Source: Escherichia phage vB_EcoM-Sa45lw. Taken from it: a stretch of 64,000 nt of DNA. Made by a program: the position numbers and the translations under genes. Of this stretch, positions 43,701 to 54,882 are shown one piece after another. The notes under the pieces were generated by a model. That model had not been told where the DNA came from, made no database searches, and worked only from the letters and a program-made list of their open reading frames with translations. Positions within the stretch are counted from its first letter, which is position 1. Each line of letters begins with the position of its first letter. The DNA is taken from sequence record MK977694.1; one strand, 5' to 3'.

Positions 43701-43947
43701 AAAGTTCAACTACCTCTTCAGTTTCAGCTTCAAACACATCACGGTTATCTTTATGATATAGAGCCAAAAGACGATTAAACATCTTGCCATCAACACCAAG
43801 TTCATCTTTGGCACGAATTCGAATATCTTTAATCAATTCATTATAACCGGAAATTTTCAGTTTATGATCAGATGCTTCTTTAATAAATTTAGCCAAGTCT
43901 TCGCCGTGGATAGCTTCATCAAATTCAACCATTTCTTTTTTAGCCAT
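43678..43947 (-). CDS. dsbA: Double-stranded DNA-binding protein DsbA
   Basis: 89 aa at the T4 dsbA position. Confidence 0.8.
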   Translation of the reverse strand: MAKKEMVEFDEAIHGEDLAKFIKEASDHKLKISGYNELIKDIRIRAKDELGVDGKMFNRLLALYHKDNRDVFEAETEEVVELYDTVFSK

Positions 43948-43955
43948 TATTCACC

Positions 43956-44873
43956 TCAAAATTCATTAATGCTATTAGTTAATTTAGAAAGACCCGCTTT
44001 TACAAAATATGAATAAATTTTGCCACGCGGTGGTAATTTATATGAATTATAGTAATTCACAATGTTTGAAGCAATATTATTAGGAATATAATCAAAATCA
44101 ATTAGAACTAAATTTTCTTTATAACGATTATATTCAGATTCTGTGAGAAGCACCTTAGCTTGCTCACGGTCATTAGCAATAGCTTCAACGATTGAAGTTT
44201 TCATTGAAGGAGTTCGTTCACCTTCAACTTTGGTAAACCAAAAGTCAGATCGTACTTTAACTGAAGCAACGTTATCCTTTTTATCGCCTTTAAGGATTTT
44301 AGTCATACAGTCAATTTCAGCAGAACCGCTTTTAATTTTAACCCATTTCTTGTGCATCGGTGACCATTGCTTAACATTTGGATATTTGTGAAGTTGAGTA
44401 AAGTCACCATCAGATGAAATGATTAAAATCTTGTGTCCTTCTAAAGAGAACTTTTTAACAAGAACAGCAATGTGGTCATCTGCTTCATACTTATCGATAT
44501 CCATAACAATGTATGGCATATAAGCTTTCAATTCATCTATAACTTTATGACTGGATTCAAAATAACCTTCCCAGTCCCAAGTAGATTCTTCTCGTGCTTT
44601 TCCACGGTTTTTCTTATAATAATACGCGAAATCACGACGCCAATATCCAGATTTCGCATTATCAATACACAGTACAATTTTAGTGTATCCAAGAGTTTTT
44701 GCTTTTTTGACATTAAACTTAATTGAGTTCAATATCAAATGACGAACCATTGATAAATTAATTTTTTCTTTATCTGGAAAGTTTACCAAAGCAGTTGAAA
44801 GCGCAATTTGACTAAAGTCAATAAAGCAAATTCCTTCTTTGTAATCTTCATCCAGCATCATTTCTAAATCCAT
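43956..44873 (-). CDS. rnh: RNase H (5'-3' exonuclease / flap endonuclease)
   Basis: 305 aa from MDLEMMLDEDYKEG. Confidence 0.93.
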   Translation of the reverse strand: MDLEMMLDEDYKEGICFIDFSQIALSTALVNFPDKEKINLSMVRHLILNSIKFNVKKAKTLGYTKIVLCIDNAKSGYWRRDFAYYYKKNRGKAREESTWDWEGYFESSHKVIDELKAYMPYIVMDIDKYEADDHIAVLVKKFSLEGHKILIISSDGDFTQLHKYPNVKQWSPMHKKWVKIKSGSAEIDCMTKILKGDKKDNVASVKVRSDFWFTKVEGERTPSMKTSIVEAIANDREQAKVLLTESEYNRYKENLVLIDFDYIPNNIASNIVNYYNSYKLPPRGKIYSYFVKAGLSKLTNSINEF

Positions 44874-44935
44874 ATGAACCTCGTTCAATTAGTGAGATTT
44901 CTATTATATACCATCCAAATCTTAAAGTAAACAAG

Positions 44936-44943
44936 TATAAATA
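44936..44943 (+). promoter_or_regulatory. Late promoter (TATAAATA) for gene 34
   Basis: Exact TATAAATA 35 bp upstream of the ATG. Confidence 0.65.
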
Positions 44944-44977
44944 CTTATTATTGAAAACACAATAGGAGCCCGGGAGA

Positions 44978-47900
44978 ATGGCCGAGATTAAAAGAAAGTT
45001 CAGAGCAGAAGACGGTCTGGACGCAGGTGGTGATAAAATAATCAACGTAGCTTTAGCTGATCGTGCCGTAGGAACTGACGGTGTAAACGTTGATTACTTA
45101 ATTCAAGAAAACACAGTTCAACAATATGATCCAACTCGTGGATATTTAAAAGATTTTGTAATCATTTATGATAACCGCTTTTGGGCTGCTATAAATGATA
45201 TTCCAAAACCAGCAGGAGCTTTTAATAGCGTACGATGGAGAGCGTTACGCACTGATGCAAACTGGACAACTGTTTCGTCAGGACCTTATCAATTAAAATC
45301 AGGCGAATCGATTTCAGTTAACACCGCAGCGGGTAATGACATTACATTTACTTTGCCATCTTCTCCAATTGATGGTGATACTATCGTTCTCCAAGATATT
45401 GGAGGAAAACCTGGAGTTAACCAGGTTTTAATTACAGCTCCGGTACAAAGCATTGTAAACTTTAGAGGTCAACAAGTACGCTCAGTACTAATGACTCATC
45501 CAAAATCACAGATAGTTTTAATTTTTAGTAATCGTCTGTGGCAAATGTATGTTGCTGATTATAGCAGAGAAGCTGTAGTTGTAACGCCTGCAAGTCTCTA
45601 TCAGGCGCAATCAAACGATTTTATCGTACGTAGATTTACTTCTGCTTCAGCAATTAATATTAAACTTCCAAGATTTGCTAATCATGGCGATATTATTAAT
45701 TTCGTTGATTTGGATAAATTAAATCCACTTTATCACACAATTGTTACCACATACGATGAAACGACTTCAGTACAAGAAGTTGGAACTCATTCCATTGAAG
45801 GTCGTACATCTATTGATGGTTTCTTGATGTTTGATGATAATGAGAAATTGTGGAGATTGTTTGACGGGGATAGTAAAGCACGTTTACGCATTATAACGAC
45901 TAATTCTAATATTCGTCCAAATGAAGAAGTCATGGTATTTGGCGCAAATAATGGAACAACCCAAACAATTGAACTTCAGCTTCCAACTGATATTTCTATC
46001 GGTGATACTGTTAAGATTTCCATGAATTATATGAGAAAAGGACAAACAGTTAAAATCAAAGCTGCCGGTGAAGATAAAATTGCTTCTTCAGTTCAATTGC
46101 TGCAATTTCCAAAACGTTCAGAATACCCACCTGAAACTAAATGGGTGACTGTTCAAGAATTAGTTTTTAATGGCGAAACCAATTATGTTCCAGTTTTACA
46201 GCTTGCTTATATCGAAGATTCCGATGGAAAATATTGGGTTGTACAGCAAAACGTTCCAACTGTAGAAAGAGTAGACTCTTTAAATAATTCTACTAGAGCA
46301 AGATTAGGCGTAATTGCTTTAGCTACACAGGCTCAAGCTAATGCTGATCTAGAAAATTCTCCACAAAAAGAACTGGCAATTACTCCAGAAACGTTAGCTA
46401 ATCGTACTGCTACAGAAACTCGTAGAGGTATTGCAAGAATAGCAACAACTGCGCAAGTAAACCAGGATACCACATTCTCTTTTGCAGATGACCTTATCAT
46501 CACTCCTAAAAAGTTGAATGAAAGAACTGCTACAGAAACTCGTAGGGGTGTCGCTGAAATTGCTACGCAGCAAGAAACAAACACAGGAACAGATGATACA
46601 ACCATCATTACTCCTAAAAAGCTTCAAGCTCGTCAAGGTTCTGAATCATTATCTGGTATTGTAACTTTTGTATCTACTGCAGGTGCTACTCCGGCTTCTA
46701 GCCGTGAATTAAATGGTACAAATGTTTATAATAAAAACACTAATAACTTAGTTGTTTCACCTAAAGCCTTGGATCAGTATAAAGCTACTCCAACGCAACA
46801 AGGTGCAGTAATTTTAGCAGTTGAAAGTGAAGTAATTGCTGGACAAAGCCAAGAAGGATGGGCAAATGCGGTTGTAACGCCAGAAACGTTACATAAAAAG
46901 ACATCAACTGATGGAAGAATTGGTTTAATTGAAATTGCTACGCAAAGTGAAGTTAATACAGGAACTGATTATACTCGTGCAGTCACTCCTAAAACTTTAA
47001 ATGACCGTAGAGCAACTGAAAGTTTAAGTGGTATAGCTGAAATTGCTACACAAGTTGAATTCGACGCAGGCGTCGACGATACTCGTATCTCTACACCATT
47101 AAAAATTAAAACTAGATTTAATAGTACTGATCGTACTTCTGTTGTTGCTCTATCTGGATTAGTTGAATCAGGAACTCTCTGGGACCATTATACCCTTAAT
47201 ATTCTTGAAGCAAATGAGACACAACGTGGTACACTTCGTGTGGCTACACAAGTTGAAGCTGCTGCCGGAAAATTAGATAATGTTTTAATAACTCCTAAAA
47301 AGCTTTTAGGTACTAAATCTACCGAATCGCAAGAAGGTGTTATTAAAGTTGCAACTCAGTCTGAAACTGTGGCTGGAACGTCAGCAAACACTGCTGTATC
47401 TCCAAAAAATTTAAAATGGATTGTACAGAGTGAACCTACCTGGGCAGCTACTACTGCGATAAGAGGTTTTGTTAAAACTTCATCTGGTTCAATTACATTT
47501 GTCGGTAATGATACAGTCGGTTCTACCCAAGATTTAGAACTGTATGAGAAAAATAGCTATGCAGTATCACCATATGAATTAAACCGTGTATTAGCAAATT
47601 ATTTACCGTTAAAAGCAAAAGCTGCTGATAGTAATTTATTGGATGGTCTAGATTCATCTCAGTTCATTCGTAGGGATATTGCACAGACGGTTAATGGTTC
47701 ACTAACCTTAACCCAACAAACGAATCTGAGTGCCCCTCTTGTATCATCTAGTACTGCTACGTTCGGTGGATCAGTTTCAGCAAATAGTACATTAACTATT
47801 TCTAATACTGGAACAGCAACTCGATTGATTTTTGAGAAAGGACCTCAAACTGGAACAAACCCAGCCCAAACGATGACTGTTAGAGTGTGGGGAAATCAAT

Positions 47901-48847
47901 TTAGTGGGGAATTAGATACAACACGTTCTACCGTATTTGAAGTTAGTGATGAAACATCTAGTCATTTTTATTCTCAGCGCAATAAAGCCGGAAATATAAC
48001 ATTTAATATCAACGGTACAGTAACACCGATAAATGTTAATGCTTCAGGAACATTGAATGCAAATGGCGTAGCAACATTTGGTAATTCAGTCACTGCAACT
48101 GGTGAAATTATTTCTCGAAGCGCAAATGCTTTCCGTGCTATTAACGGAAATTACGGTTTCATTGTTCGCAATGATGGATCAGTAACGAATTTTATGCTTA
48201 CTGCATCGGGTGATCAGACTGGTGGATTTAATGGATTACGCCCATTAGCTATTAATAATGCATCTGGCCAAGTAACGATTGGTGAAAGCTTAATCATTGC
48301 CAAAGGTGCTACTATAAATTCAGGTGGTTTGACTGTTAACTCGAGAATTCGTTCTCAAGGTACTAAAACATCTGACTTATATACACGTGCGCCAACATCT
48401 GATACTGTAGGATTCTGGTCAATTGATATTAACGATTCAGCTACTTATAACCAGTTCCCAGGTTATTTTAAAATGGTTGAAAAAACTAATGAAGTGACTG
48501 GTCTTCCATATTTAGAACGTGGCGAAGAAGTTAAATCTCCTGGTACACTGACTCAGTTTGGTAACACACTTGATTCGCTTTACCAAGATTGGATTACTTA
48601 TCCAACAACGCCAGAAGCGCGTACCACTCGCTGGACACGTACATGGCAGAAAACCAAAAATTCTTGGTCAAGTTTTGTTCAGGTATTTGATGGAGGTAAC
48701 CCTCCTCAACCGTCTGATATCGGTGCTTTACCATCTGATAATGCTACAATGGGTAATCTTACTATTCGTGATTTCTTACGAATTGGTAATGTTCGCATTA
48801 TTCCTGACCCAGTGAATAAAACTGTTAAATTTGAATGGGTTGAATAA
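44978..48847 (+). CDS. 34: Long tail fiber proximal subunit gp34
   Basis: 1289 aa (T4 gp34 length); internal repeated motif TATETRRG-IA-IAT. Confidence 0.95.
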   Translation: MAEIKRKFRAEDGLDAGGDKIINVALADRAVGTDGVNVDYLIQENTVQQYDPTRGYLKDFVIIYDNRFWAAINDIPKPAGAFNSVRWRALRTDANWTTVSSGPYQLKSGESISVNTAAGNDITFTLPSSPIDGDTIVLQDIGGKPGVNQVLITAPVQSIVNFRGQQVRSVLMTHPKSQIVLIFSNRLWQMYVADYSREAVVVTPASLYQAQSNDFIVRRFTSASAINIKLPRFANHGDIINFVDLDKLNPLYHTIVTTYDETTSVQEVGTHSIEGRTSIDGFLMFDDNEKLWRLFDGDSKARLRIITTNSNIRPNEEVMVFGANNGTTQTIELQLPTDISIGDTVKISMNYMRKGQTVKIKAAGEDKIASSVQLLQFPKRSEYPPETKWVTVQELVFNGETNYVPVLQLAYIEDSDGKYWVVQQNVPTVERVDSLNNSTRARLGVIALATQAQANADLENSPQKELAITPETLANRTATETRRGIARIATTAQVNQDTTFSFADDLIITPKKLNERTATETRRGVAEIATQQETNTGTDDTTIITPKKLQARQGSESLSGIVTFVSTAGATPASSRELNGTNVYNKNTNNLVVSPKALDQYKATPTQQGAVILAVESEVIAGQSQEGWANAVVTPETLHKKTSTDGRIGLIEIATQSEVNTGTDYTRAVTPKTLNDRRATESLSGIAEIATQVEFDAGVDDTRISTPLKIKTRFNSTDRTSVVALSGLVESGTLWDHYTLNILEANETQRGTLRVATQVEAAAGKLDNVLITPKKLLGTKSTESQEGVIKVATQSETVAGTSANTAVSPKNLKWIVQSEPTWAATTAIRGFVKTSSGSITFVGNDTVGSTQDLELYEKNSYAVSPYELNRVLANYLPLKAKAADSNLLDGLDSSQFIRRDIAQTVNGSLTLTQQTNLSAPLVSSSTATFGGSVSANSTLTISNTGTATRLIFEKGPQTGTNPAQTMTVRVWGNQFSGELDTTRSTVFEVSDETSSHFYSQRNKAGNITFNINGTVTPINVNASGTLNANGVATFGNSVTATGEIISRSANAFRAINGNYGFIVRNDGSVTNFMLTASGDQTGGFNGLRPLAINNASGQVTIGESLIIAKGATINSGGLTVNSRIRSQGTKTSDLYTRAPTSDTVGFWSIDINDSATYNQFPGYFKMVEKTNEVTGLPYLERGEEVKSPGTLTQFGNTLDSLYQDWITYPTTPEARTTRWTRTWQKTKNSWSSFVQVFDGGNPPQPSDIGALPSDNATMGNLTIRDFLRIGNVRIIPDPVNKTVKFEWVE

Positions 48848-48855
48848 GAGGTATT

Positions 48856-49971
48856 ATGGAAAAATTTATGGCAGAGTTTGGACAAGGATATGTCCAAACG
48901 CCATTTTTATCGGAAAGCAATTCAGTAAGATATAAAATAAGTATAGCGGGTTCTTGCCCGCTTTCTACCGCAGGACCATACGTTAAATTTCAAGATAATC
49001 CTGTGGGAAGTCAAACATTTAGTGCAGGTCTTCATTTAAGAGTTTTTGACCCTTCTACAGGAGCATTGGTTGATAGTAAGTCATATGTTTTTTCTACTTC
49101 AAATGATACAACATCTGCTGCTTTTGTTAGTTTCATGAATTCTTTTTCAGGCAATAGACTTGTTGCTATATTAACTAGCGGAAAGGTTAATTTTCCTCCT
49201 GAAGTAGTATCTTGGTTAAGAACGGCAGGAACATCTGCTTTTCCATCTGATTCTTTATTGTCAAGATTTGACGTATCATATGCTGCCTTTTACACTTCTT
49301 CTAAAAGAGCTATCGCACTAGAGCATGTTAAACTGAGTAACAGAAAAAGCACAGATGACTATCAAACTATATTAGATGTAGTATTTGATAGTTTAGAAGA
49401 TGTTGGAGCGACAGGATTTCCTAAAAGAACATATGAAAGCGTTGAGCAATTTATGTCAGCTGTTGGTGGAACTAATAACGAAATTGCCCGTCTACCTACA
49501 GCATCTGCAATAAGTAAACTTTCTGACTATAATTTAATTCCTGGAGATGTTCTTTATCTTAAAGCACAACTATATGCTGACGCTGATTTATTAGCGTTGG
49601 GAACTACTAATATTTCAATTCGTTTTTATAATGCGTCGAATGGATATATTTCCTCGACACAAGCTGAGTTTACTGGACAGGCTGGGTCTTGGGAATTAAA
49701 AGAAGATTATGTAGTTGTTCCAGAAAATGCAGTTGGATTTACGATATATGCACAGAGAACTGCACAAGCAGGTCAAGGCGGTATGAGAAATTTAAGCTTT
49801 TCTGAAGTGTCAAGAAATGGTGGCATTTCAAAACCTGCTGAGTTTGGCGTCAATGGTATTCGAGTTAATTATATCTGTGAATCTGCTTCACCTCCGGATA
49901 TAATGGTACTTCCTACGCAAGCATCGTCTAAAACTGGTAAAGTGTTTGGACAGGAATTTAGAGAAGTTTAA
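48856..49971 (+). CDS. 35: Long tail fiber hinge protein gp35
   Basis: 371 aa, position. Confidence 0.88.
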   Translation: MEKFMAEFGQGYVQTPFLSESNSVRYKISIAGSCPLSTAGPYVKFQDNPVGSQTFSAGLHLRVFDPSTGALVDSKSYVFSTSNDTTSAAFVSFMNSFSGNRLVAILTSGKVNFPPEVVSWLRTAGTSAFPSDSLLSRFDVSYAAFYTSSKRAIALEHVKLSNRKSTDDYQTILDVVFDSLEDVGATGFPKRTYESVEQFMSAVGGTNNEIARLPTASAISKLSDYNLIPGDVLYLKAQLYADADLLALGTTNISIRFYNASNGYISSTQAEFTGQAGSWELKEDYVVVPENAVGFTIYAQRTAQAGQGGMRNLSFSEVSRNGGISKPAEFGVNGIRVNYICESASPPDIMVLPTQASSKTGKVFGQEFREV

Positions 49972-49976
49972 ACTGA

Positions 49977-49999
49977 GGGAGCCTTCGGGTTCCCTTTTT
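49977..49999 (+). terminator. Terminator after gene 35
   Basis: GGGAGCC-ttcg-GGTTCCC followed by TTTTT. Confidence 0.65.
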
Positions 50000-50002
50000 C
50001 TT

Positions 50003-50010
50003 TATAAATA
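50003..50010 (+). promoter_or_regulatory. Late promoter (TATAAATA) for genes 36-37-38
   Basis: Exact TATAAATA 24 bp upstream of the gene 36 ATG. Confidence 0.65.
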
Positions 50011-50033
50011 CTATTAAAATAAAGGGGCATACA

Positions 50034-50690
50034 ATGGCTGATTTAAAAGTAGGTTCAACAACTGGAGGCTCTGTCATTTGGCATCAAGGAAATTTTCCAT
50101 TGAATCCAGCCGGTGACGATGTACTCTATAAATCATTTAAAATATATTCAGAATATAATAAACCACAAGCTGCTGATAACGATTTCGTTTCTAAAGCTAA
50201 TGGTGGTACATATTTAAATAAAGTAATTTTTAATAAAGGAATGACTGTTCCTGGTGCTGGGTCAGGTGACAACGGTATTTTTGCCGGTCCTGGTGATAAT
50301 GCTACATATGATACTACAAATATGGATATTGTTTCATGGTATGGTATCGGCTTTAAATCATCACAAGGGGCAGCAGGTAGAACTGTAGTAATTAACACAC
50401 GAAACGGAGATATTAGCTCAAAGGGTGTAATTGAAGCATCACAAATACGCGCAACTTCGTTATCACCAGTAAATAATTATGACCTTACGAGAAAAGATTA
50501 TGTTGATGGGGCAATAAATATTGTTACAACAAATGCAAACTCTAGAGTATTACGCTCTGGAGACACTATGACAGGAAATTTAACTGCGCCAAACCTTTTT
50601 TCACAGAATCCTGCATCTCAACCCTCGCATGTTCCGCGATTTGACCAAATCGTAATTAAGGATTCTGTTCAAGATTTCGGCTATTATTAA
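50034..50690 (+). CDS. 36: Long tail fiber distal connector gp36
   Basis: 218 aa, position. Confidence 0.88.
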   Translation: MADLKVGSTTGGSVIWHQGNFPLNPAGDDVLYKSFKIYSEYNKPQAADNDFVSKANGGTYLNKVIFNKGMTVPGAGSGDNGIFAGPGDNATYDTTNMDIVSWYGIGFKSSQGAAGRTVVINTRNGDISSKGVIEASQIRATSLSPVNNYDLTRKDYVDGAINIVTTNANSRVLRSGDTMTGNLTAPNLFSQNPASQPSHVPRFDQIVIKDSVQDFGYY

Positions 50691-50698
50691 GAGGACTT

Positions 50699-53600
50699 AT
50701 GGCTACTTTAAAACAAATACAATTTAAAAGAAGCAAAACGGCAGGTCAACGTCCAGCTGCTTCAGTATTAGCCGAAGGTGAATTGGCTATAAACTTAAAA
50801 GACCGTTTACTTTTTACTAAAGATGACCAGGGAAATATTATTGATTTAGGTTTTGCTAAAGGCGGTAGTATTGACGGGAATGTTATTCATAAAGGCAATT
50901 ATAACCAAACTGGCGATTATACTTTAAACGGTACATTCACCCAGACTGGTAATTTTAATTTAACTGGTATTGCTCGAGTAACTCGTGATATTATTGCTGC
51001 TGGGCAGATTATGACTGAAGGCGGAGAACTTATTACAAAAAGTTCAGGTACATCACATGTTCGTTTTCATGATTCAGCTGACCGTGAACGTGGAATCATT
51101 TTTTCTCCTGCTAATGATGGATTAACTACACAAGTAATTAACATCAGAGTTCAAGATTACAAAGCTGGTTCAGAAAGCACTTTCGCTTTTAATGGAAATG
51201 GTTTGTTTTCTTCACCAGAAGTTTTTGGGTGGAAATCTGTATCAACTCCGGTAATTTATACCAATAAAGTTATCACCAATAAAAAAGTTAAAGATGATTA
51301 TGACATCTATTCGATGGCAGATAATGTTCCATTATCTGAAAGCACTACTGCTATTAATCATCTTCGTGTTATGCGTAATGCAGTTGGTTCTGGTATTTTC
51401 CATGAAGTTAAAGATAATGATGGAATAACATGGTATAGTGGAGATGGATTAGACGCTTATCTTTGGTCATTTACTTGGAGCGGCGGAATTAAATCAAGTC
51501 ACTCAATTTCCATCGGTTTAACACCCGGACCTAAGGATTACTCAATATTAGGACCGTCTAGTATCGCTTTAGGAGATAATGATACTGGATTTAAATGGCA
51601 TCAAGACGGATATTATTTCAGTGTTAATAATGGCACAAAAACGTTTTTATTTAGCCCTAGCGAAACAACTAGCCTAAGAAAATTTGTAGCTGGATATTCT
51701 ACTAATGGAACCGATTTAACTACTCCTCCGACTGAAAACTATGCTCTTGCTACTGTCGTGACATATCATGACAATAACGCGTTTGGAGATGGTCAGACTC
51801 TTTTGGGGTATTATCAAGGCGGTAGATATCACCATTACTTTCGCGGAAGAGGAACAACTAATATTAATACTGCTGGAGGGTTATTAGTTACTCCTGGTAA
51901 TATTGATGTTATTGGCGGTTCTGTTAATATCGATGGTAGAAATAATGCTTCTACAGCTCTGTTTAAAGGTAACACAACAGGTAGTAGTTCTGTGGATAAC
52001 ATGACAATTTCTGTGTGGGGTAATACATTTACTAATCCTAGCGAAGGTAATCGCAAAAATGTCATGGAAATTTCCGATGCAACTAGCTGGATGAGCTATA
52101 TTCAAAGACTTACTACTGGTGAAGTAGAAATGAACGTTAACGGTTCATTTGAATCATCTGGTGTTACTGCTGGAAATAGAGGAGTTCACACAACAGGCGA
52201 AATTTCATCTGGAGCAGTGAATGCTCTTCGCATTTGGAATGCAGATTATGGAGCCATTTTTAGACGTTCAGAAGGTAGTCTTCATATTATTCCAACTGCT
52301 TACGGTGAAGGCAAAAATGGTGATATCGGTCCACTTCGTCCATTTAGTATTGCTTTGGATACTGGTAAGGTTGTTATTCCAGATTTAGAATCAAGTTATA
52401 ACACGTTTGCTGCAAATGGCTACATTAAATTTGCTGGTCACGGCGCGGGTGCAGGTGGTTATGATATTCAGTATTCACAAGCTGCTCCTATTTTCCAAGA
52501 AATCGATGATGCTGCTGTAAGCAAATATTATCCTATTGTTAAACAGAAGTTTTTAAACGGTAAAGCTGTCTGGTCTTTAGGTACTGAAATTAATTCAGGT
52601 ACATTTGTTTTACATCATCTAAAAGAAGATGGTTCACAAGGCCATACATCAAGATTTAATGCTGATGGTACAGTTAATTTCCCCGATAATGTTCAAGTCG
52701 GCGGCGGTGAAGCTACTATTGCTCGTAATGGTAATATCTTCTCTGATATTTGGAAAACATTTACTTCTGCCGGAGATACTACAAATATTCGCGATGCGAT
52801 AGCTACTCGTGTTGCCAAAGAAGGCGATACGATGACTGGCAAATTAATCGTTAGAAGAGGCTCTGACGCTATTAACATTGCTGCCGATGAAAATGATTCT
52901 TGCTATTTACTTGGAACATCGGGTGGAGCGAATTCATGGTACATCGGTAAAGGAGGAGCAGATGACACTGCTTCATTTTATAATTTCAAAACTACCGCAG
53001 GAATTACTCTTAATAGTGTTGGTGATATTGATTTTAACGTCAAAAATCAAGCTACTGCAGCTTCATTAAATTTTTATCGTTTATATTTAAATGGAAGACA
53101 ATGGACAGCTACACAAGGTCACGGCTATAATAATCAATGGCAAACAGAAGCCCCATTCTTCGTTGACTTTGGTGAATCTGTTCCGAAAGATAGTTATATG
53201 CCTATAATTAAAGGAAGAAGCCAAATCATTAACGAAGGATATGCCACAAAGGCAGATTTTGGTATTATTCGATTGGGTGGAAATGCTACTTGGGGAAATG
53301 CAGTAATTCGTGTTGGTTCTGCGGAAAGCGGAGATAGCAGCCATCCTAATGCAATATTTGTGTTTCAGGCTAATGGTGATTTTAAAGCTCCGGCTGGCCT
53401 TCGTGCTGGTGTTAACTTGGGCGTCGGCACAATTCCAGTATGGGGTGGAGCATCTATCGCCATCGGGGATGATGATACCGGTTTAGTTCATGGCGGCGAT
53501 GGTCGAATTAATATGTATGCTAACGCGCAGCATATAGCATCATGGGGCACGATGTATCAATCTCATCCAGGCCTTTGGGATTCAAATGGAGCTTTTTGGA

Positions 53601-54025
53601 CAGAAGTTGGCAAAGCAATTATTTCTCATGGCCATTTAGTTCAGGCGAATGACAGCTATTCAACGTATGTCCGCGATGTTTATGTCCGCTCTGATATTCG
53701 TGTTAAAAAGGACCTAGTTAAATTTGAAAATGCTTCTGAGAAGCTTTCAAAAATTAATGGTTACACTTATATGCAGAAGCGAGGCCTAGATGAAGAAGGT
53801 AATCAGAAATGGGAACCAAACGCTGGGTTAATTGCTCAAGAAGTTCAAGCTATTTTACCTGAATTGGTTGAAGGCGATCAGGATAGTGAAGCTTTACTTC
53901 GTTTGAACTATAACGGTGTAATTGGTTTAAATACAGCTGCAATCAATGAGCATACTGCAGAAATTGCAGAACTTAAGTCAGAGATTGAAGAGCTTAAAAA
54001 ATTAGTTAAATCATTGTTAAAATAA
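50699..54025 (+). CDS. 37: Long tail fiber distal subunit gp37 with C-terminal intramolecular chaperone domain
   Basis: 1108 aa; conserved N-terminus [36 protein letters not shown]; C-terminal ~110 aa resemble the S74-type self-cleaving chaperone module. Confidence 0.9.
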   Translation: MATLKQIQFKRSKTAGQRPAASVLAEGELAINLKDRLLFTKDDQGNIIDLGFAKGGSIDGNVIHKGNYNQTGDYTLNGTFTQTGNFNLTGIARVTRDIIAAGQIMTEGGELITKSSGTSHVRFHDSADRERGIIFSPANDGLTTQVINIRVQDYKAGSESTFAFNGNGLFSSPEVFGWKSVSTPVIYTNKVITNKKVKDDYDIYSMADNVPLSESTTAINHLRVMRNAVGSGIFHEVKDNDGITWYSGDGLDAYLWSFTWSGGIKSSHSISIGLTPGPKDYSILGPSSIALGDNDTGFKWHQDGYYFSVNNGTKTFLFSPSETTSLRKFVAGYSTNGTDLTTPPTENYALATVVTYHDNNAFGDGQTLLGYYQGGRYHHYFRGRGTTNINTAGGLLVTPGNIDVIGGSVNIDGRNNASTALFKGNTTGSSSVDNMTISVWGNTFTNPSEGNRKNVMEISDATSWMSYIQRLTTGEVEMNVNGSFESSGVTAGNRGVHTTGEISSGAVNALRIWNADYGAIFRRSEGSLHIIPTAYGEGKNGDIGPLRPFSIALDTGKVVIPDLESSYNTFAANGYIKFAGHGAGAGGYDIQYSQAAPIFQEIDDAAVSKYYPIVKQKFLNGKAVWSLGTEINSGTFVLHHLKEDGSQGHTSRFNADGTVNFPDNVQVGGGEATIARNGNIFSDIWKTFTSAGDTTNIRDAIATRVAKEGDTMTGKLIVRRGSDAINIAADENDSCYLLGTSGGANSWYIGKGGADDTASFYNFKTTAGITLNSVGDIDFNVKNQATAASLNFYRLYLNGRQWTATQGHGYNNQWQTEAPFFVDFGESVPKDSYMPIIKGRSQIINEGYATKADFGIIRLGGNATWGNAVIRVGSAESGDSSHPNAIFVFQANGDFKAPAGLRAGVNLGVGTIPVWGGASIAIGDDDTGLVHGGDGRINMYANAQHIASWGTMYQSHPGLWDSNGAFWTEVGKAIISHGHLVQANDSYSTYVRDVYVRSDIRVKKDLVKFENASEKLSKINGYTYMQKRGLDEEGNQKWEPNAGLIAQEVQAILPELVEGDQDSEALLRLNYNGVIGLNTAAINEHTAEIAELKSEIEELKKLVKSLLK

Positions 54026-54030
54026 AATGA

Positions 54031-54044
54031 GGGGCTTCGGCCCC
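54031..54044 (+). other. GC hairpin between genes 37 and 38
   Basis: GGGGC-ttcg-GCCCC without strong T-run. Confidence 0.4.
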
Positions 54045-54056
54045 TTGGAGGTTTAT

Positions 54057-54851
54057 ATGGCAGTTGAAGGACCGTGGGTAGGATGGTCTGCGAGGGTACA
54101 AACTGGAGACCCTTGGATGGGTGGTGCCGCGCAGAGATTGAGAATGGGAATTCCGTTTTGGATGAGTAATATGATAGGTCGATCTGTTGAAGTAATTCAC
54201 ACCCTTGGAGCGGACCATAACTTTAATGGTCAATGGTTCCGAGATAGATGTTTTGAGGCAGGTAGTGCACCTATAGTGTTTAATATTACCGGAAATTTGG
54301 TATCATATTCTAGAGACGTTCCTTTATTCTTCATGTACGGAGATACACCTAATGAATATGTTCAGTTGAATATTGGTGGCGGCGTCCATATGTGGGGTAG
54401 AGGTGGACAAGGTGGATGGACTCATTCCGGCGGAGATGGTAATGGTCAACAAGGTGGTCATTGTATTCAAAATGACATCGGTGGACGATTAAGAATTAAT
54501 AACGGTGGAGTAATTTGTGGTGGAGGTGGAGGTGGAGGTGGTATCGCTTATCGTCCTCACTCTGGTGCAAATTGGCAAGATATTGGTGGTGGTGGAGGAA
54601 GACCATTTGGCCCAGGAGGAGGCGGAGGTTATTCCGGCGGCGCAGCTTCTTATGATGGCCCAGGAGGTGGTTATAATTATGGTAATGCTCACTCTGGCCA
54701 GGGTGGTGATGCTGGCGCAAATGGACAAAATGCCTGGTATGATGGCGGTAAAGTTCTAAAAGTTGGAGCTGGTGGCGCTGCCGGATATGCTGTTATAGGA
54801 TCAGCTCCAACATGGCAAAATGTTGGAGTAATATATGGTCCAAGGGTATAA
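54057..54851 (+). CDS. 38: T2-type gp38 receptor-binding adhesin
   Basis: 264 aa from [10 protein letters not shown] with GGAGG SD; conserved [22 protein letters not shown] block then glycine-rich motifs (GGGGGGGG, GGGGG). Confidence 0.85.
   Translation: MAVEGPWVGWSARVQTGDPWMGGAAQRLRMGIPFWMSNMIGRSVEVIHTLGADHNFNGQWFRDRCFEAGSAPIVFNITGNLVSYSRDVPLFFMYGDTPNEYVQLNIGGGVHMWGRGGQGGWTHSGGDGNGQQGGHCIQNDIGGRLRINNGGVICGGGGGGGGIAYRPHSGANWQDIGGGGGRPFGPGGGGGYSGGAASYDGPGGGYNYGNAHSGQGGDAGANGQNAWYDGGKVLKVGAGGAAGYAVIGSAPTWQNVGVIYGPRV
54519..54542 (+). repeat. (GGTGGA)4 hexanucleotide repeat inside gp38
   Basis: Read directly from sequence. Confidence 0.9.
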
Positions 54852-54882
54852 TTTTGAATAAATATCCTTAAAAGGAGGGTCT

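Noticed and set aside
46333-46636. Antisense ORFs within gp34 repeat region
   Set aside because: Generated by the repetitive shaft-coding sequence; no independent support.
54519-54542. Possible CRISPR-like or satellite repeat
   Set aside because: Only a 24 bp in-frame hexanucleotide repeat coding for Gly-Gly; no spacers or repeat-spacer periodicity anywhere in the window.
54489-54759. Three overlapping ORFs (His-rich and Val/Glu-rich) over the gp38 region
   Set aside because: Artefacts of the GGT/GGA repeat DNA encoding the gp38 glycine-rich motifs, read in other frames.
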